Source: Candidatus Magasanikbacteria bacterium RIFCSPHIGHO2_01_FULL_33_34 (lineage in GTDB: Bacteria > Patescibacteriota > Patescibacteriia > Magasanikbacterales > UBA922). From it: a DNA stretch of 64,000 nt. Of this stretch, positions 10,029 through 18,149 are shown piece after piece. The stretch lies in the NCBI GenBank assembly GCA_001782825.1, contig MFPS01000008.1:73012-137011 (forward strand), read 5' to 3'. The notes beneath the pieces are model-generated. The model searched no databases, was not told the origin of the DNA, and saw only the letters and a program-made list of their open reading frames with translations. Numbering within the stretch: the stretch's first letter is position 1; the number at the start of each line of letters is the position of its first letter. Both the position numbers and the translations under genes were made by a program.

Positions 10029-10175
10029 ATGGACATCACAAAGGTTTTGTTAGTAATATTTGCTATTGTGATGTTTGTTGGAGTAATTCTACACTTGATT
10101 AATTTCTGTAATCGTGAAAAATATATCAAAAAAATCCGTGATGATATGAAGAAGGCTGGTGAAAAGAAAGAATAA
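10029..10175 (+). CDS. Small single-TM peptide (48 aa) with a C-x-RE-K juxtamembrane motif and a basic tail
   Basis: MDITKVLLVIFAIVMFVGVILHLINFCNREKYIKKIRDDMKKAGEKKE. The ATG is 11 nt after the stop of sORF3. Confidence 0.35.
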   Translation: MDITKVLLVIFAIVMFVGVILHLINFCNREKYIKKIRDDMKKAGEKKE

Positions 10176-10430
10176 ATTTGATTGATTTGTTTTGCCTGTT
10201 CAGTTTTTGTAAAGTTCAACAAAATTATTGCCCAAGATGAGGGTTGTCAAGTGAAACAACAAGGCCATCAGCTAATGCTGGTGGCTTCTGTATTTGTGGT
10301 GTATTGCTAAGGACATATATGACAAAAACACCAAGAGTATAAAGATTATATTTAGGTTCTATAAATTGAAATGGTTGAATATCAAAAAATAATTTTTATT
10401 GTAAAACTATTGTAGCTATAGTTATTTTTG

Positions 10431-10986
10431 TGGCTCGGCGAGTGGGATTCGAACCCACGACCAATTGGTTACACGTAATCCCTAGTTTTCACTAGCGCGT
10501 GGACTATATCATCACCCTCGCCAATATCCCAAAAGGAAATTTTGAGAAAACCTGCCCATATATGACAGGACGTTAGGGTGCGAAGCGCTTCCTATCCCTG
10601 TTAATTTTGAATTAACTAGGACAGTACTCCCGTACAAAGGCCATTCACTCTTTTAGAAAGAATTCAGGCAGGGATAGTCTCTGAACCTTCACAATATATA
10701 TTTATCACGTTTATCATCTTCTAACCTTTCAATAAAGGAATTATTAGCATGGTAAGTCGTGCAGAATAAATAAATTATTGTGCTTGGCTGCAGGTTACCA
10801 TAATCTTATTATAGATGTTAGGGTCCCTGTTTTTTACAATGTACACTGTAAAAATTTTCATCTTGCGATGAAACAATTCACTTCGTTTTCACCTCGATGT
10901 TTCTATCAAGGGCTGCAAATACAATTTTGATAAATCAAAATTGGCACTAGTCACAGCCAACTGCTCTACCACTGAGCTACCGCCGA
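10431..10986 (-). tRNA. tRNA-Asn(GUU) gene interrupted in the anticodon loop by a group I intron. Exon 1 is about 10953-10986 and exon 2 is 10431-10471; CCA is encoded.
   Basis: On the minus strand exon 1 reads UCGGCGGUAGCUCAGUGGUAGAGCAGUUGGCUGU. Exon 2 reads UAACCAAUUGGUCGUGGGUUCGAAUCCCACUCGCCGAGCCA. Joined, they give a canonical cloverleaf: acceptor UCGGCGG/UCGCCGA, D-arm GCUC/GAGC, anticodon stem GUUGG/CCAAU with loop CUGUUAA, T-arm GUGGG-UUCGAAU-CCCAC, and G73. U1-A72 plus G73 plus loop CUGUUAA matches tRNA-Asn. The junction is uncertain by about 2 nt; a Thr(UGU) reading is the alternative. Confidence 0.75.
10472..10952 (-). other. Group I self-splicing intron (about 481 nt, no ORF) within the tRNA-Asn anticodon loop
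   Basis: The minus-strand intron contains the conserved R element GGUUCAGAGACUAUC and S element GAUGAUAUAGUCCAC, which form the P7 core. A candidate P1 pairs the exon end GGCUGU with intron GCAGCC, placing U-G at the 5' splice site. The intron ends in G before the 3' exon. Confidence 0.75.
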
Positions 10987-11067
10987 ATATTAAATTTTAC
11001 TCTGATTGTGATTTTCATAATCAGAGGCAATTTAACATTTTTATTATTGTATATTTTTTATGGCCAT

Positions 11068-11096
11068 ATTTTAACAAGATTATGTGATATTGTCAA
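11068..11096 (-). promoter_or_regulatory. Putative promoter for the tRNA-Asn gene (TTGACA, 17 bp, TAAAAT on the minus strand)
   Basis: Reverse complement is TTGACAatatcacataatcttgtTAAAAT. It ends about 75 nt upstream of the tRNA 5' end. Confidence 0.35.
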
Positions 11097-11151
11097 TTGT
11101 TTATAAATAGTCCTTTATAAAGGACTATTTATAATTATATGTCGTATTTGT

Positions 11152-12885
11152 TTATAGATTAAGATCATTTAGGTCGTTTTCAATACTAAAGAAATAAAGT
11201 ATATCTCCTTTTTTGTCTAGCATGGGTGTAATACTTAATAGGGTAGAGTATTCAATTCCATTTTTATTTTTATTTTTAATTTTTCCTACAAAAGGTTTTT
11301 TGTCAGTTTTTATGGTTTTCCATAGTTTTGTGTAGAATTCTGGTGTCATAATACCACCCCATAATTGTGAAGTGCCTACTTTTTTATTTATTATTTCATT
11401 TTTGCTGTAGCCAGTCATACGCTCAACTGAATTATTGGCATATAATATTGTACCCTCTGGGTCAGTTATTACTACAGCTTCCCTAGTTACTTCTATAGCA
11501 TTTTTGAATTTTTCAAGATCCGATGTGCGTTCGTAAATTTTTTGTTCCATTGTTTCTTTGTATCGTTTGAGGACAGCAGACATACTATTGAATTCATTTG
11601 CCAAATCTCCAAATTCATCTTTTCTGTTGCCTAAACTTAGTTTATAATCTAGATTGCCTTTTTTAATTCTTTCAGCCCCTTGTATTATTTTTTCTACTGG
11701 ATTCAAAACTACTTGTTGTAAGAAAAACATCATCAAGACTACAAAGAAGATTAAAATCAATATAATCAAGGAAAGTGTTTTGAAAAATAGTATGTTTACT
11801 TTGTCTATTATTTCAGCTTGTTCTACCCTCAATATTTGTGTCCAAAATGTATCTTTATCATTTGCATATGTAAAATCTTTTGCGTCTTCAGAGCTTTGTT
11901 CACGAATACCCATGTATATTTTTTTTACATTAGCACTATAAGGGTTTATCCTATGAAAAATTAAATATGACTTATCTTCTTCATTATAGATTTGACCAGA
12001 ATCTAGTTCTTGGATGATTGGTTTTATTTGAGGGTAATCATTGAATATTGTTACATCATTTTGAGTCATAAATCCCCATTCTTTGTCTTTGTCTATATTT
12101 TGTAGGTAATATCCAAAGCTATTTACTAAGTAGATATTTTTTAATGATGAATCTTCACTTGTCATTGCCATATTCCTAATATTCATATTAGGATGGTTTG
12201 TATTGGAACCCTTGAAAGTAAAATCAGAAAATAAATCAAGAATTAATATGCCTTTTAATTGATCTTGTTCATTATATATAGGTGTTGAGTATTCTATGAT
12301 TTGGTGTTTGTTGTGGGTTAGTTTATTATCCTTTGATGTATCCATTTCTGACATATCTTCTGTAGTATTTTCAATAGTATCAGCATGTTCATCTTCAGTA
12401 ATTGATACAAATAATTCTCTTTTGTTTAGTTTCATTGTTTCATTAAAAAAATGGAATTGTTTTACATTTTCTAATTTGTTTGGTGGTCTAGATATTATTT
12501 TATTCTCTTCATCCCAATTGACTACAATTAACTCTTGTCCATTTTCATCAATTAATTCAATTTTACTAAATATCATGTTGTTCATGAGGAATGTTTTAAA
12601 TTCATCTGAAATTTTTTTATGGGCAGATATTTTTTCAAGTTGATCATCAGTATTTGTATATTGTTTTATACTAGATAGTCCACTTAAAAAATTTATTGAA
12701 GATTCGGACATAACAAGAAAATGTTCTGTAGAATTTTTTCTTAGGACTATTTCTTGTTGTCGTTCAGATATTTGTTGATTTTTTAAGATATTGGATAAAT
12801 CTTTATAAAAAACAACTGCTAATATAGTGCTTAGCATGATTGCTCCTAAAATAAAATTTAAAAATATCTTGGTATTTAGTCTCAT
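11152..12885 (-). CDS. Membrane sensor protein: N-terminal TM, extracytoplasmic sensing domain, second TM, HAMP and a single PAS domain. No histidine-kinase or other output domain.
   Basis: 577 aa. TM helices at about 7-25 and 355-380. HAMP-like segment NPVEKIIQGAERIKKGNLDYKLSLGNRKDEFGDLANEFNSM. PAS segment VITDPEGTILYANNSVERMTGYSKNEIINKKVG...WGG. The protein ends right after the PAS domain. Confidence 0.7.
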   Translation of the reverse strand: MRLNTKIFLNFILGAIMLSTILAVVFYKDLSNILKNQQISERQQEIVLRKNSTEHFLVMSESSINFLSGLSSIKQYTNTDDQLEKISAHKKISDEFKTFLMNNMIFSKIELIDENGQELIVVNWDEENKIISRPPNKLENVKQFHFFNETMKLNKRELFVSITEDEHADTIENTTEDMSEMDTSKDNKLTHNKHQIIEYSTPIYNEQDQLKGILILDLFSDFTFKGSNTNHPNMNIRNMAMTSEDSSLKNIYLVNSFGYYLQNIDKDKEWGFMTQNDVTIFNDYPQIKPIIQELDSGQIYNEEDKSYLIFHRINPYSANVKKIYMGIREQSSEDAKDFTYANDKDTFWTQILRVEQAEIIDKVNILFFKTLSLIILILIFFVVLMMFFLQQVVLNPVEKIIQGAERIKKGNLDYKLSLGNRKDEFGDLANEFNSMSAVLKRYKETMEQKIYERTSDLEKFKNAIEVTREAVVITDPEGTILYANNSVERMTGYSKNEIINKKVGTSQLWGGIMTPEFYTKLWKTIKTDKKPFVGKIKNKNKNGIEYSTLLSITPMLDKKGDILYFFSIENDLNDLNL

Positions 12886-12965
12886 ATAAATTATATTATA
12901 GCATATTGTTTATTTGTAAACAATCAAAAATAAGATTAAATTAGAGTAGTTTTAATGGTTAAAAG

Positions 12966-13004
12966 TAAAAAAAGACCAGCTAATAAATTAGCCAGTCTTT
13001 TTTT
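12966..13004. terminator. Bidirectional terminator downstream of cspA
   Basis: aaaaaaa-GACCAGCTAAT-aa-ATTAGCCAGTC-ttttttt. Confidence 0.5.
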
Positions 13005-13019
13005 AATTTGTCTATTTGA

Positions 13020-13220
13020 TTAGACGCGTCTTACGTTTACCGCATTTAGGCCTTTTGGACCTTCTTCTACGTCAAACTCTAGTGTATCACCTTCGCGTAA
13101 ATCGTTGTATTCAACGTCAACAAGGTTGTTAGTGTGGAAAAATAAATCTTTTTCCTCACCTTCGCGAGAAATGAAGCCAAACCCCTTATCAGTAAGTCTA
13201 GCAATTGTTCCTTTTTGCAT
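13020..13220 (-). CDS. cspA: Cold-shock protein (CspA family, S1-like cold-shock domain)
   Basis: 66 aa. MQKGTIARLTDKGFGFISREGEEKDLFFHTNNL with RNP1-like KGFGFI and RNP2-like LFFH motifs. Confidence 0.9.
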   Translation of the reverse strand: MQKGTIARLTDKGFGFISREGEEKDLFFHTNNLVDVEYNDLREGDTLEFDVEEGPKGLNAVNVRRV

Positions 13221-13301
13221 GTAGTAACAATAAATGAATTAAATTTCAAATAAAGATTAAAAGAAAAATGTTCATTTCTCTATACCTCTTTTGATGGCAA
13301 T

Positions 13302-13330
13302 AGTATATCATATATTGATAGTTTTGTCAA
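13302..13330 (-). promoter_or_regulatory. Putative cspA promoter (TTGACA, 17 bp, TATACT) with a roughly 75-nt 5' UTR
   Basis: Reverse complement is TTGACAaaactatcaatatatgaTATACT. A long leader is typical for csp genes. Confidence 0.45.
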
Positions 13331-13423
13331 TAGCTAGCTATATTGGTAGTAATAATTTGTTATTTTACTTGATATGGCTGTGTTCTCATTATATAATAGT
13401 TCAGTTAATCCATAATTGATAAT

Positions 13424-13909
13424 ATGCAACTCCCAAAACGTAAACCTGGAAAATATACTCAATTGGCGACTGATCATGTGATGACTCAAGAGAAACTTGA
13501 TGAACTTAAGCTTGAATTAGATAAATTAAATAAAAAGCGTCCACAGGCTGCCAAAGAAGTTAGTCGTTTGGCAGAACTGGGGGACTTTTCTGAGAATGTT
13601 GAATATCAATTGGCAAAAGGACGTCTGAGAGGGATAAATAATGCTATTTTGAAATTAGAGTACAGGATAAATCATGCAAATATTATAGCCGGTGGTAATA
13701 GTAATATTGTACAGTTGGGGAGTGAGGTCACTATAAAAAATAGCAAAGGTAAAAGTACCTATACAATTTTAGGTGCTTCAGAAACTGATCCAAGTAGAGG
13801 AATTATATCTCATCAATCACCATTGGGCTCGGCTCTTTTGGGACATCGGGTTGGTGAGGTAGTTGAAGTTGATAAAATAGGGGAGTGTGAGATTTTAAAA
13901 ATTGGATAA
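13424..13909 (+). CDS. greA: Transcription elongation factor GreA (start probably at the internal Met, about 13481)
   Basis: Coiled-coil N-terminal domain (QEKLDELKLELDKLNKKRPQAAKEVSRLAELGDFSENVEYQLAKGRL) followed by an FKBP-like C-terminal domain. GreA is about 158 aa. Confidence 0.85.
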   Translation: MQLPKRKPGKYTQLATDHVMTQEKLDELKLELDKLNKKRPQAAKEVSRLAELGDFSENVEYQLAKGRLRGINNAILKLEYRINHANIIAGGNSNIVQLGSEVTIKNSKGKSTYTILGASETDPSRGIISHQSPLGSALLGHRVGEVVEVDKIGECEILKIG

Positions 13910-13934
13910 GCTAGGTTTTTGTAAACAAAATTAT

Positions 13935-14126
13935 TTATTTGGATGGTTTGGTATTTCTGTTCCCCATACTTCTTTGTCGTTCTGCGCCTTCTTGGCTATT
14001 TTTTTTGGCATGGAAACCGGTTTTGCCTTGAAATTTGGATTGTGGGTATGTGATACCAGAGGTTGCGGGCGTTTTACCAGCTTTTTTTTCTGCTTCTCGC
14101 ATTTTTTTCAATACTTTGTTTAACAT
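13935..14126 (-). CDS. Hypothetical small basic protein (63 aa)
   Basis: Lys/Arg-rich ORF with no recognisable motif and no Shine-Dalgarno sequence. It competes with an overlapping plus-strand ORF (13902-14123) that looks less protein-like. Weak call. Confidence 0.25.
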   Translation of the reverse strand: MLNKVLKKMREAEKKAGKTPATSGITYPQSKFQGKTGFHAKKNSQEGAERQRSMGNRNTKPSK

Positions 14127-14199
14127 ATTTTTAAATTAATTATTTTTATTTGAAGATATTATATCAAATAATTTGAATTATTAAAATCAAATTTAATTG

Positions 14200-14270
14200 C
14201 TCGGGGACTTGGATTTGAACCAAGATAAACAGATCCAGAATCTGTTGTCCTACCATTAGACGATCCCCGA
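14200..14270 (-). tRNA. tRNA-Gln(CUG)
   Basis: The minus strand reads UCGGGGAUCGUCUAAUGGUAGGACAACAGAUUCUGGAUCUGUUUAUCUUGGUUCAAAUCCAAGUCCCCGAG. Anticodon stem ACAGA/UCUGU with loop UUCUGGA, T-loop UUCAAAU and a 7-bp acceptor stem. CCA is not encoded. Confidence 0.85.
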
Positions 14271-14273
14271 ATA

Positions 14274-15254
14274 TTATTGTACGATTTCTTCACCTAGTTG
14301 GAGGTTTTCGACGAAGCTTGATGGTACTGTAAATATGTCAAACCATTTCCAACCATGGTTTATAAAAACAGTTTCATTTAGTATGTGTCTGCGTATGCCA
14401 TTGTGAAACAAATATACCATTGGGCTTTCAGGAGATTTGATTAGTGTGCCTAATAATATTTTTTCTGTAGTTTTTGCAATAGGCGAGTACCCCATACTTA
14501 TTTCCTTTCCATCTTCATAACCATCATTGTCGCTGTCTTTTGACCAAGGGAGAGTTTTTTGTTGTATTTCTTCTATTTTTGTTAATCCATCAGCATCTGC
14601 ATCAATGTGTGCAGAATTAGATATGCTCGGGTTGGTAAAAATAGTTAATTTATCGCCATTCATAGTTTTTTGATCAGGCAAAAAATCATGAATGGCGTTC
14701 ATAATAGTATCATAAGAATAACGAAAGTCAAGGCCATAACGAGTCCCAGGTTCTTGGGTGATGAATTCTTTGGTAGAATCATCATAGCCAGATATAACTA
14801 GAGTATGATAATCTGGTCCGCCATTTTTGAAGAAAGGATTGTATAGGTATCTGCCGTGTACAGGCAAGATAATCGGTCTATCATTGTCTATTTCATATTT
14901 GAGTTCTTCAAGAGTTGGATTTGCTTTAATATGAGCCTCCCATGGTAGAAAGTTGTTTATAAGTGTTAATATAGTTTTAGCATTTTCGTCCAAACTTTCT
15001 CCTATAAATTTGTTTTTTATGTTTATTATTTTTAATATTTCTGTTTTGGCGCTTTCAGTAGTAAAAGTATTTTTGGCATAAAAAAAATCAACCATTGCGA
15101 TTGTAGTTTCTTCACAGGCATCTTGCCACGGCTGACTCCAATTTTGTTCTGGAGCTTGGATGGTGAAGGGTACACTCAATGATTTTGAAAAAACCGGTAG
15201 GGATATTGACAGGCTTAAAATAATTGAAGCAAAAAAAATATATATCTTTTTCAT
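14274..15254 (-). CDS. Secreted protein with a C39-like (BtrH-like) papain-fold peptidase domain and a C-terminal region carrying thrombospondin-type-3-like calcium-binding repeats (DADADG, DSDNDGYEDG)
   Basis: Signal peptide MKKIYIFFASIILSLSISLPVFS. Motif Q-x5-Q-x3-C (QNWSQPWQDAC), then His in YHTLVISGYDD. Assignment is from motif recall only. Confidence 0.5.
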   Translation of the reverse strand: MKKIYIFFASIILSLSISLPVFSKSLSVPFTIQAPEQNWSQPWQDACEETTIAMVDFFYAKNTFTTESAKTEILKIINIKNKFIGESLDENAKTILTLINNFLPWEAHIKANPTLEELKYEIDNDRPIILPVHGRYLYNPFFKNGGPDYHTLVISGYDDSTKEFITQEPGTRYGLDFRYSYDTIMNAIHDFLPDQKTMNGDKLTIFTNPSISNSAHIDADADGLTKIEEIQQKTLPWSKDSDNDGYEDGKEISMGYSPIAKTTEKILLGTLIKSPESPMVYLFHNGIRRHILNETVFINHGWKWFDIFTVPSSFVENLQLGEEIVQ

Positions 15255-15265
15255 TATTTTTAATT

Positions 15266-16831
15266 TTAAATTTCTCCGCCAAAAGCGGCTGTTAAGTCTC
15301 TTATTTCTGTGTCTATTTTTGGATTTGGTTCATCAACTTGATTTACAATTACATCAATTAGTATCTTTGTATTATATACGTTTAGCAGGATTTCTTCAAT
15401 ATTTTTCTTGCATTCTGCAGACATTAATTTGTCTTTGTGTATAGCAAAAGCAACTGAAATAATGATCGTGTTGCCGTCTATTTTTTCTAGGGTGGCTGTT
15501 TTTAAAATGAAAGATAGGGAAGTGGATTTTTTTTCAATTTTGGACATAAAGTCATTCCATTTTTCTTTGGTATCATCTAATGAAATTGAACTTTCTTTGT
15601 TTAGTAGTTCTTTGACTTTTTCTTTAATGCTTTTTTTGTCCTCTTTTATATCTTTGGTTTCATCTTTAGAATTATTTTCTTCAGTTTTGGTGTTATCGTC
15701 ATTATTTTCACCATTATTCTCATTGTTTTTGGTGTGGGCTGTATCAGTTGTAGACCATTCAACGATAACTAACTCTAGTGGAAGTTGAGTAATAGTGTGC
15801 ATTTTGATTTCTGATCTTCTTTTTATAAACAAATCAATTAGTTTGATAATATCAGATGATTCAATTGCTTTATTTAATTTTAATAATTTTTTTTCAGCCT
15901 CTTTATTTAGGTCTAAATTAGCTATAGTCAATTTGGTTTGATTTTTTGAAATAAGCATTATGCGAAGAATTTCAATTACATCATAAGCTAGCTGGCTCAT
16001 ATCTATGCCTTCATCTGTCATTTTGTTGATTGATTCGAGAGCTTTTTGAGTTTCATGGTTTATAATTGATTCTATCAATGTAATTATTTCATCAATATTT
16101 GAAGTTGGTAAAACAATTGAAGCAATATCAGATGTGATATGTTTTTCATTGGTGGACATGATTTGGTCTAATAGACTGACAGAGTCCCTTACAGATCCAT
16201 CACTTTTGTTTATAATTCTTTCAATTACATCTTTATCAATCTTGATATTTTCTTTTTTTGCAATATCTTCTAGATTTTTTTTCATAGCGTCATATGACAC
16301 TTTTTTGAAATTAAATCTTTGACAGCGTGAAATAATAGTAATAGGCAGTTTGTGGTATTCGGTAGTGGCAAGAATAAAAATTACGTATTGAGGGGGCTCT
16401 TCTAAGATTTTAAGGAGGGCATTGAAGGCAGGGGTCGATAGCATGTGGGCTTCATCAATGATAAATACCTTATATTTGGATTTTGTTGGCCTAAATTGAG
16501 CATTTTCTATAATATTTTCTCGAACATTGTCTACGCCTGTGTGGCTGGCCGCGTCAATCTCTATTACATCAATAGAAGACGTTTTGCTGATTTCATTACA
16601 TATTTCACAATTGTTGCATGGTTCAGTATTATCTTTCTCTCTTTTTTCACAATTGATTGCTTTGGCAAGTAATCTTGCAGCCGTTGTTTTGCCAATGCCT
16701 CTGGAACCTGAAAATAGATAGGCGTGGGCTATTCTATTACTTTTTATTTGATTGGTTATGGTTTGTACAATATGTTCTTGTCCGATTAATTCGGCAAATT
16801 TTTGTGGTCTGTGTCTGTGGTATAAAGCCAT
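15266..16831 (-). CDS. dnaX: DNA polymerase III subunit gamma/tau (start taken at MALYHRHRP; the listed ORF extends 17 codons further upstream to 16882)
   Basis: MALYHRHRPQKFAELIGQEHI...AYLFSGSRGIGKTTAARLLAKAINCE...C-x2-C zinc module...IIDEAHMLS...LKILEEPP. Acidic K/E/D-rich C-terminal region. Confidence 0.85.
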   Translation of the reverse strand: MALYHRHRPQKFAELIGQEHIVQTITNQIKSNRIAHAYLFSGSRGIGKTTAARLLAKAINCEKREKDNTEPCNNCEICNEISKTSSIDVIEIDAASHTGVDNVRENIIENAQFRPTKSKYKVFIIDEAHMLSTPAFNALLKILEEPPQYVIFILATTEYHKLPITIISRCQRFNFKKVSYDAMKKNLEDIAKKENIKIDKDVIERIINKSDGSVRDSVSLLDQIMSTNEKHITSDIASIVLPTSNIDEIITLIESIINHETQKALESINKMTDEGIDMSQLAYDVIEILRIMLISKNQTKLTIANLDLNKEAEKKLLKLNKAIESSDIIKLIDLFIKRRSEIKMHTITQLPLELVIVEWSTTDTAHTKNNENNGENNDDNTKTEENNSKDETKDIKEDKKSIKEKVKELLNKESSISLDDTKEKWNDFMSKIEKKSTSLSFILKTATLEKIDGNTIIISVAFAIHKDKLMSAECKKNIEEILLNVYNTKILIDVIVNQVDEPNPKIDTEIRDLTAAFGGEI

Positions 16832-16999
16832 AGTTTTATTTAAATGTGAGATTAGTATAGAATAATTTGGATAAATATTCAAATTAGTTTTTATAGATTT
16901 ATATATTGTGTTGTTGGTTTTTGTGTTTCCCCTTGTGCTTCTAGGGAGGTTGTGCTATACTGTGGATAAGTTTAATAAGTAATTTTTAAGCATACAATT

Positions 17000-17260
17000 A
17001 TGCCAAGAAAAGCAAACCCAGCTTTGATGAAACCTTTAAATGTTTCAGAAGAGTTAGAAGCCGTTATCGGCAAAGGACCATTACCACGTGGACAAGTTAT
17101 GAAGAAGTTGTGGGAATATATCAAAAAAAATAATCTACAGAATCCACAGAAAAAAAGAAACATCGTAGCGGATGATAAGCTTTTAGTGGTATTTGGTGGA
17201 AAAAAGGAAGTAGATATGTTTGAAATGGCTAAATTAGTATCAGCACATTTAACAAACTAA
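17000..17260 (+). CDS. SWIB/MDM2-domain protein
   Basis: 86 aa. KPLNVSEELEAVIGKGPLPRGQVMKKLWEYIKKNNLQNP...IVADDKLLVVFGG matches the SWIB domain consensus. Confidence 0.75.
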   Translation: MPRKANPALMKPLNVSEELEAVIGKGPLPRGQVMKKLWEYIKKNNLQNPQKKRNIVADDKLLVVFGGKKEVDMFEMAKLVSAHLTN

Positions 17261-17293
17261 TAGTGTAGGTAAAGTTAAATAAATAATAAAATT

Positions 17294-17326
17294 AAAAAAC
17301 CTAGTCATTTTGACTAGGTTTTTTAA
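17294..17326. terminator. Bidirectional terminator (after the SWIB gene on plus and the 260-aa gene on minus)
   Basis: aaaaaAACCTAGTCA-ttt-TGACTAGGTTtttt. Confidence 0.6.
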
Positions 17327-17328
17327 TT

Positions 17329-18111
17329 TTAGATATTTTTTCTTATTATATTATCTACTGCTGCCCAAGAATTTGGTATATCCTTAGCTACAATAAAAAT
17401 GACTTCGTCTCCTGGTTTGCCTTTGTAGAATGTAACAGAAGCAGTGAGTATCATATATTTGTTATTATTTTCAGTTACACACCATTGTTCATTGTTTGGG
17501 TCTTTTGTTAGTATACCGATTTTTCTGATTCTTTCGATTGGTTTGACTTGTTTGTATATGAATTTTCCATTTTCTAAAATTGTAAGTTTCAGTTCATCTC
17601 CCTCTACAAGTTTTGATTTGCTGGCATAATTTGGTGGTATAGAGTATTCTTTGTTGTTTTTGTCAATCATTTTTATTCCATCAAAAATACCATTGATAAT
17701 TCTATCATCACTTTGGATTATTTTTTGATTAGGTGGATTAATCTCTTTGGTTGTTTTTATGTTTAAAATTATTTCATTGCCTTCAATTATTCTAATAATT
17801 GCATCAAGTTGGTCTTTGATTGAATATATTTTTGATTTTAATTTTTCAAGATCAATTGGGATATTTTCTGTGTTTGATTGTGTTTGAGTGCTTTTTTCTG
17901 AAGGTTTTTCATCAGCAACTATTTTATCAATAATTATTTCATTTTTATTTTCTTTTTGATCATAATTTTCTTCTATTTCATTATAATCCTCTAAATCAAG
18001 CTGATTATCTATTTTGTCATCTGATGTGGTCGAGTGGTTGATGGGGGAAAGGGTTTGAGTTGGAAATATTTCGTCGGCTTTGTTGTTTATTAGATCTGTT
18101 ATTGAATCCAT
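17329..18111 (-). CDS. Hypothetical protein: acidic low-complexity N-terminal half and a beta-rich C-terminal domain. Last gene of the three-gene operon with the T4SS-type ATPase.
   Basis: 260 aa. No TM and no recognised motif. Directly downstream, 38 nt, of the ATPase gene on the same strand. Confidence 0.5.
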   Translation of the reverse strand: MDSITDLINNKADEIFPTQTLSPINHSTTSDDKIDNQLDLEDYNEIEENYDQKENKNEIIIDKIVADEKPSEKSTQTQSNTENIPIDLEKLKSKIYSIKDQLDAIIRIIEGNEIILNIKTTKEINPPNQKIIQSDDRIINGIFDGIKMIDKNNKEYSIPPNYASKSKLVEGDELKLTILENGKFIYKQVKPIERIRKIGILTKDPNNEQWCVTENNNKYMILTASVTFYKGKPGDEVIFIVAKDIPNSWAAVDNIIRKNI

Positions 18112-18149
18112 ATGTTTTATGTTAGATGTTTATTTTTGATGTGAGTTTG

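Noticed and set aside
10019-10222. Minus-strand 67-aa ORF overlapping sORF4, and minus ORF 9316-9552 overlapping sORF2 and the zinc-ribbon gene.
   Set aside because: Both are antisense to better-supported plus-strand ORFs that have Shine-Dalgarno sequences. Their products are low-complexity (MLNFTKTEQAKQINQIYSFFSPAFF...).
16883-16999. Looked for the SRP (4.5S/ffs) RNA that is commonly adjacent to dnaX.
   Set aside because: Neither strand contains the domain IV consensus (GGUGCUGUUU...GUCAGGUCCGGAAGGAAGCAGC). The region holds only a promoter-like TGcTATACT and a DnaA-box-like 9-mer.
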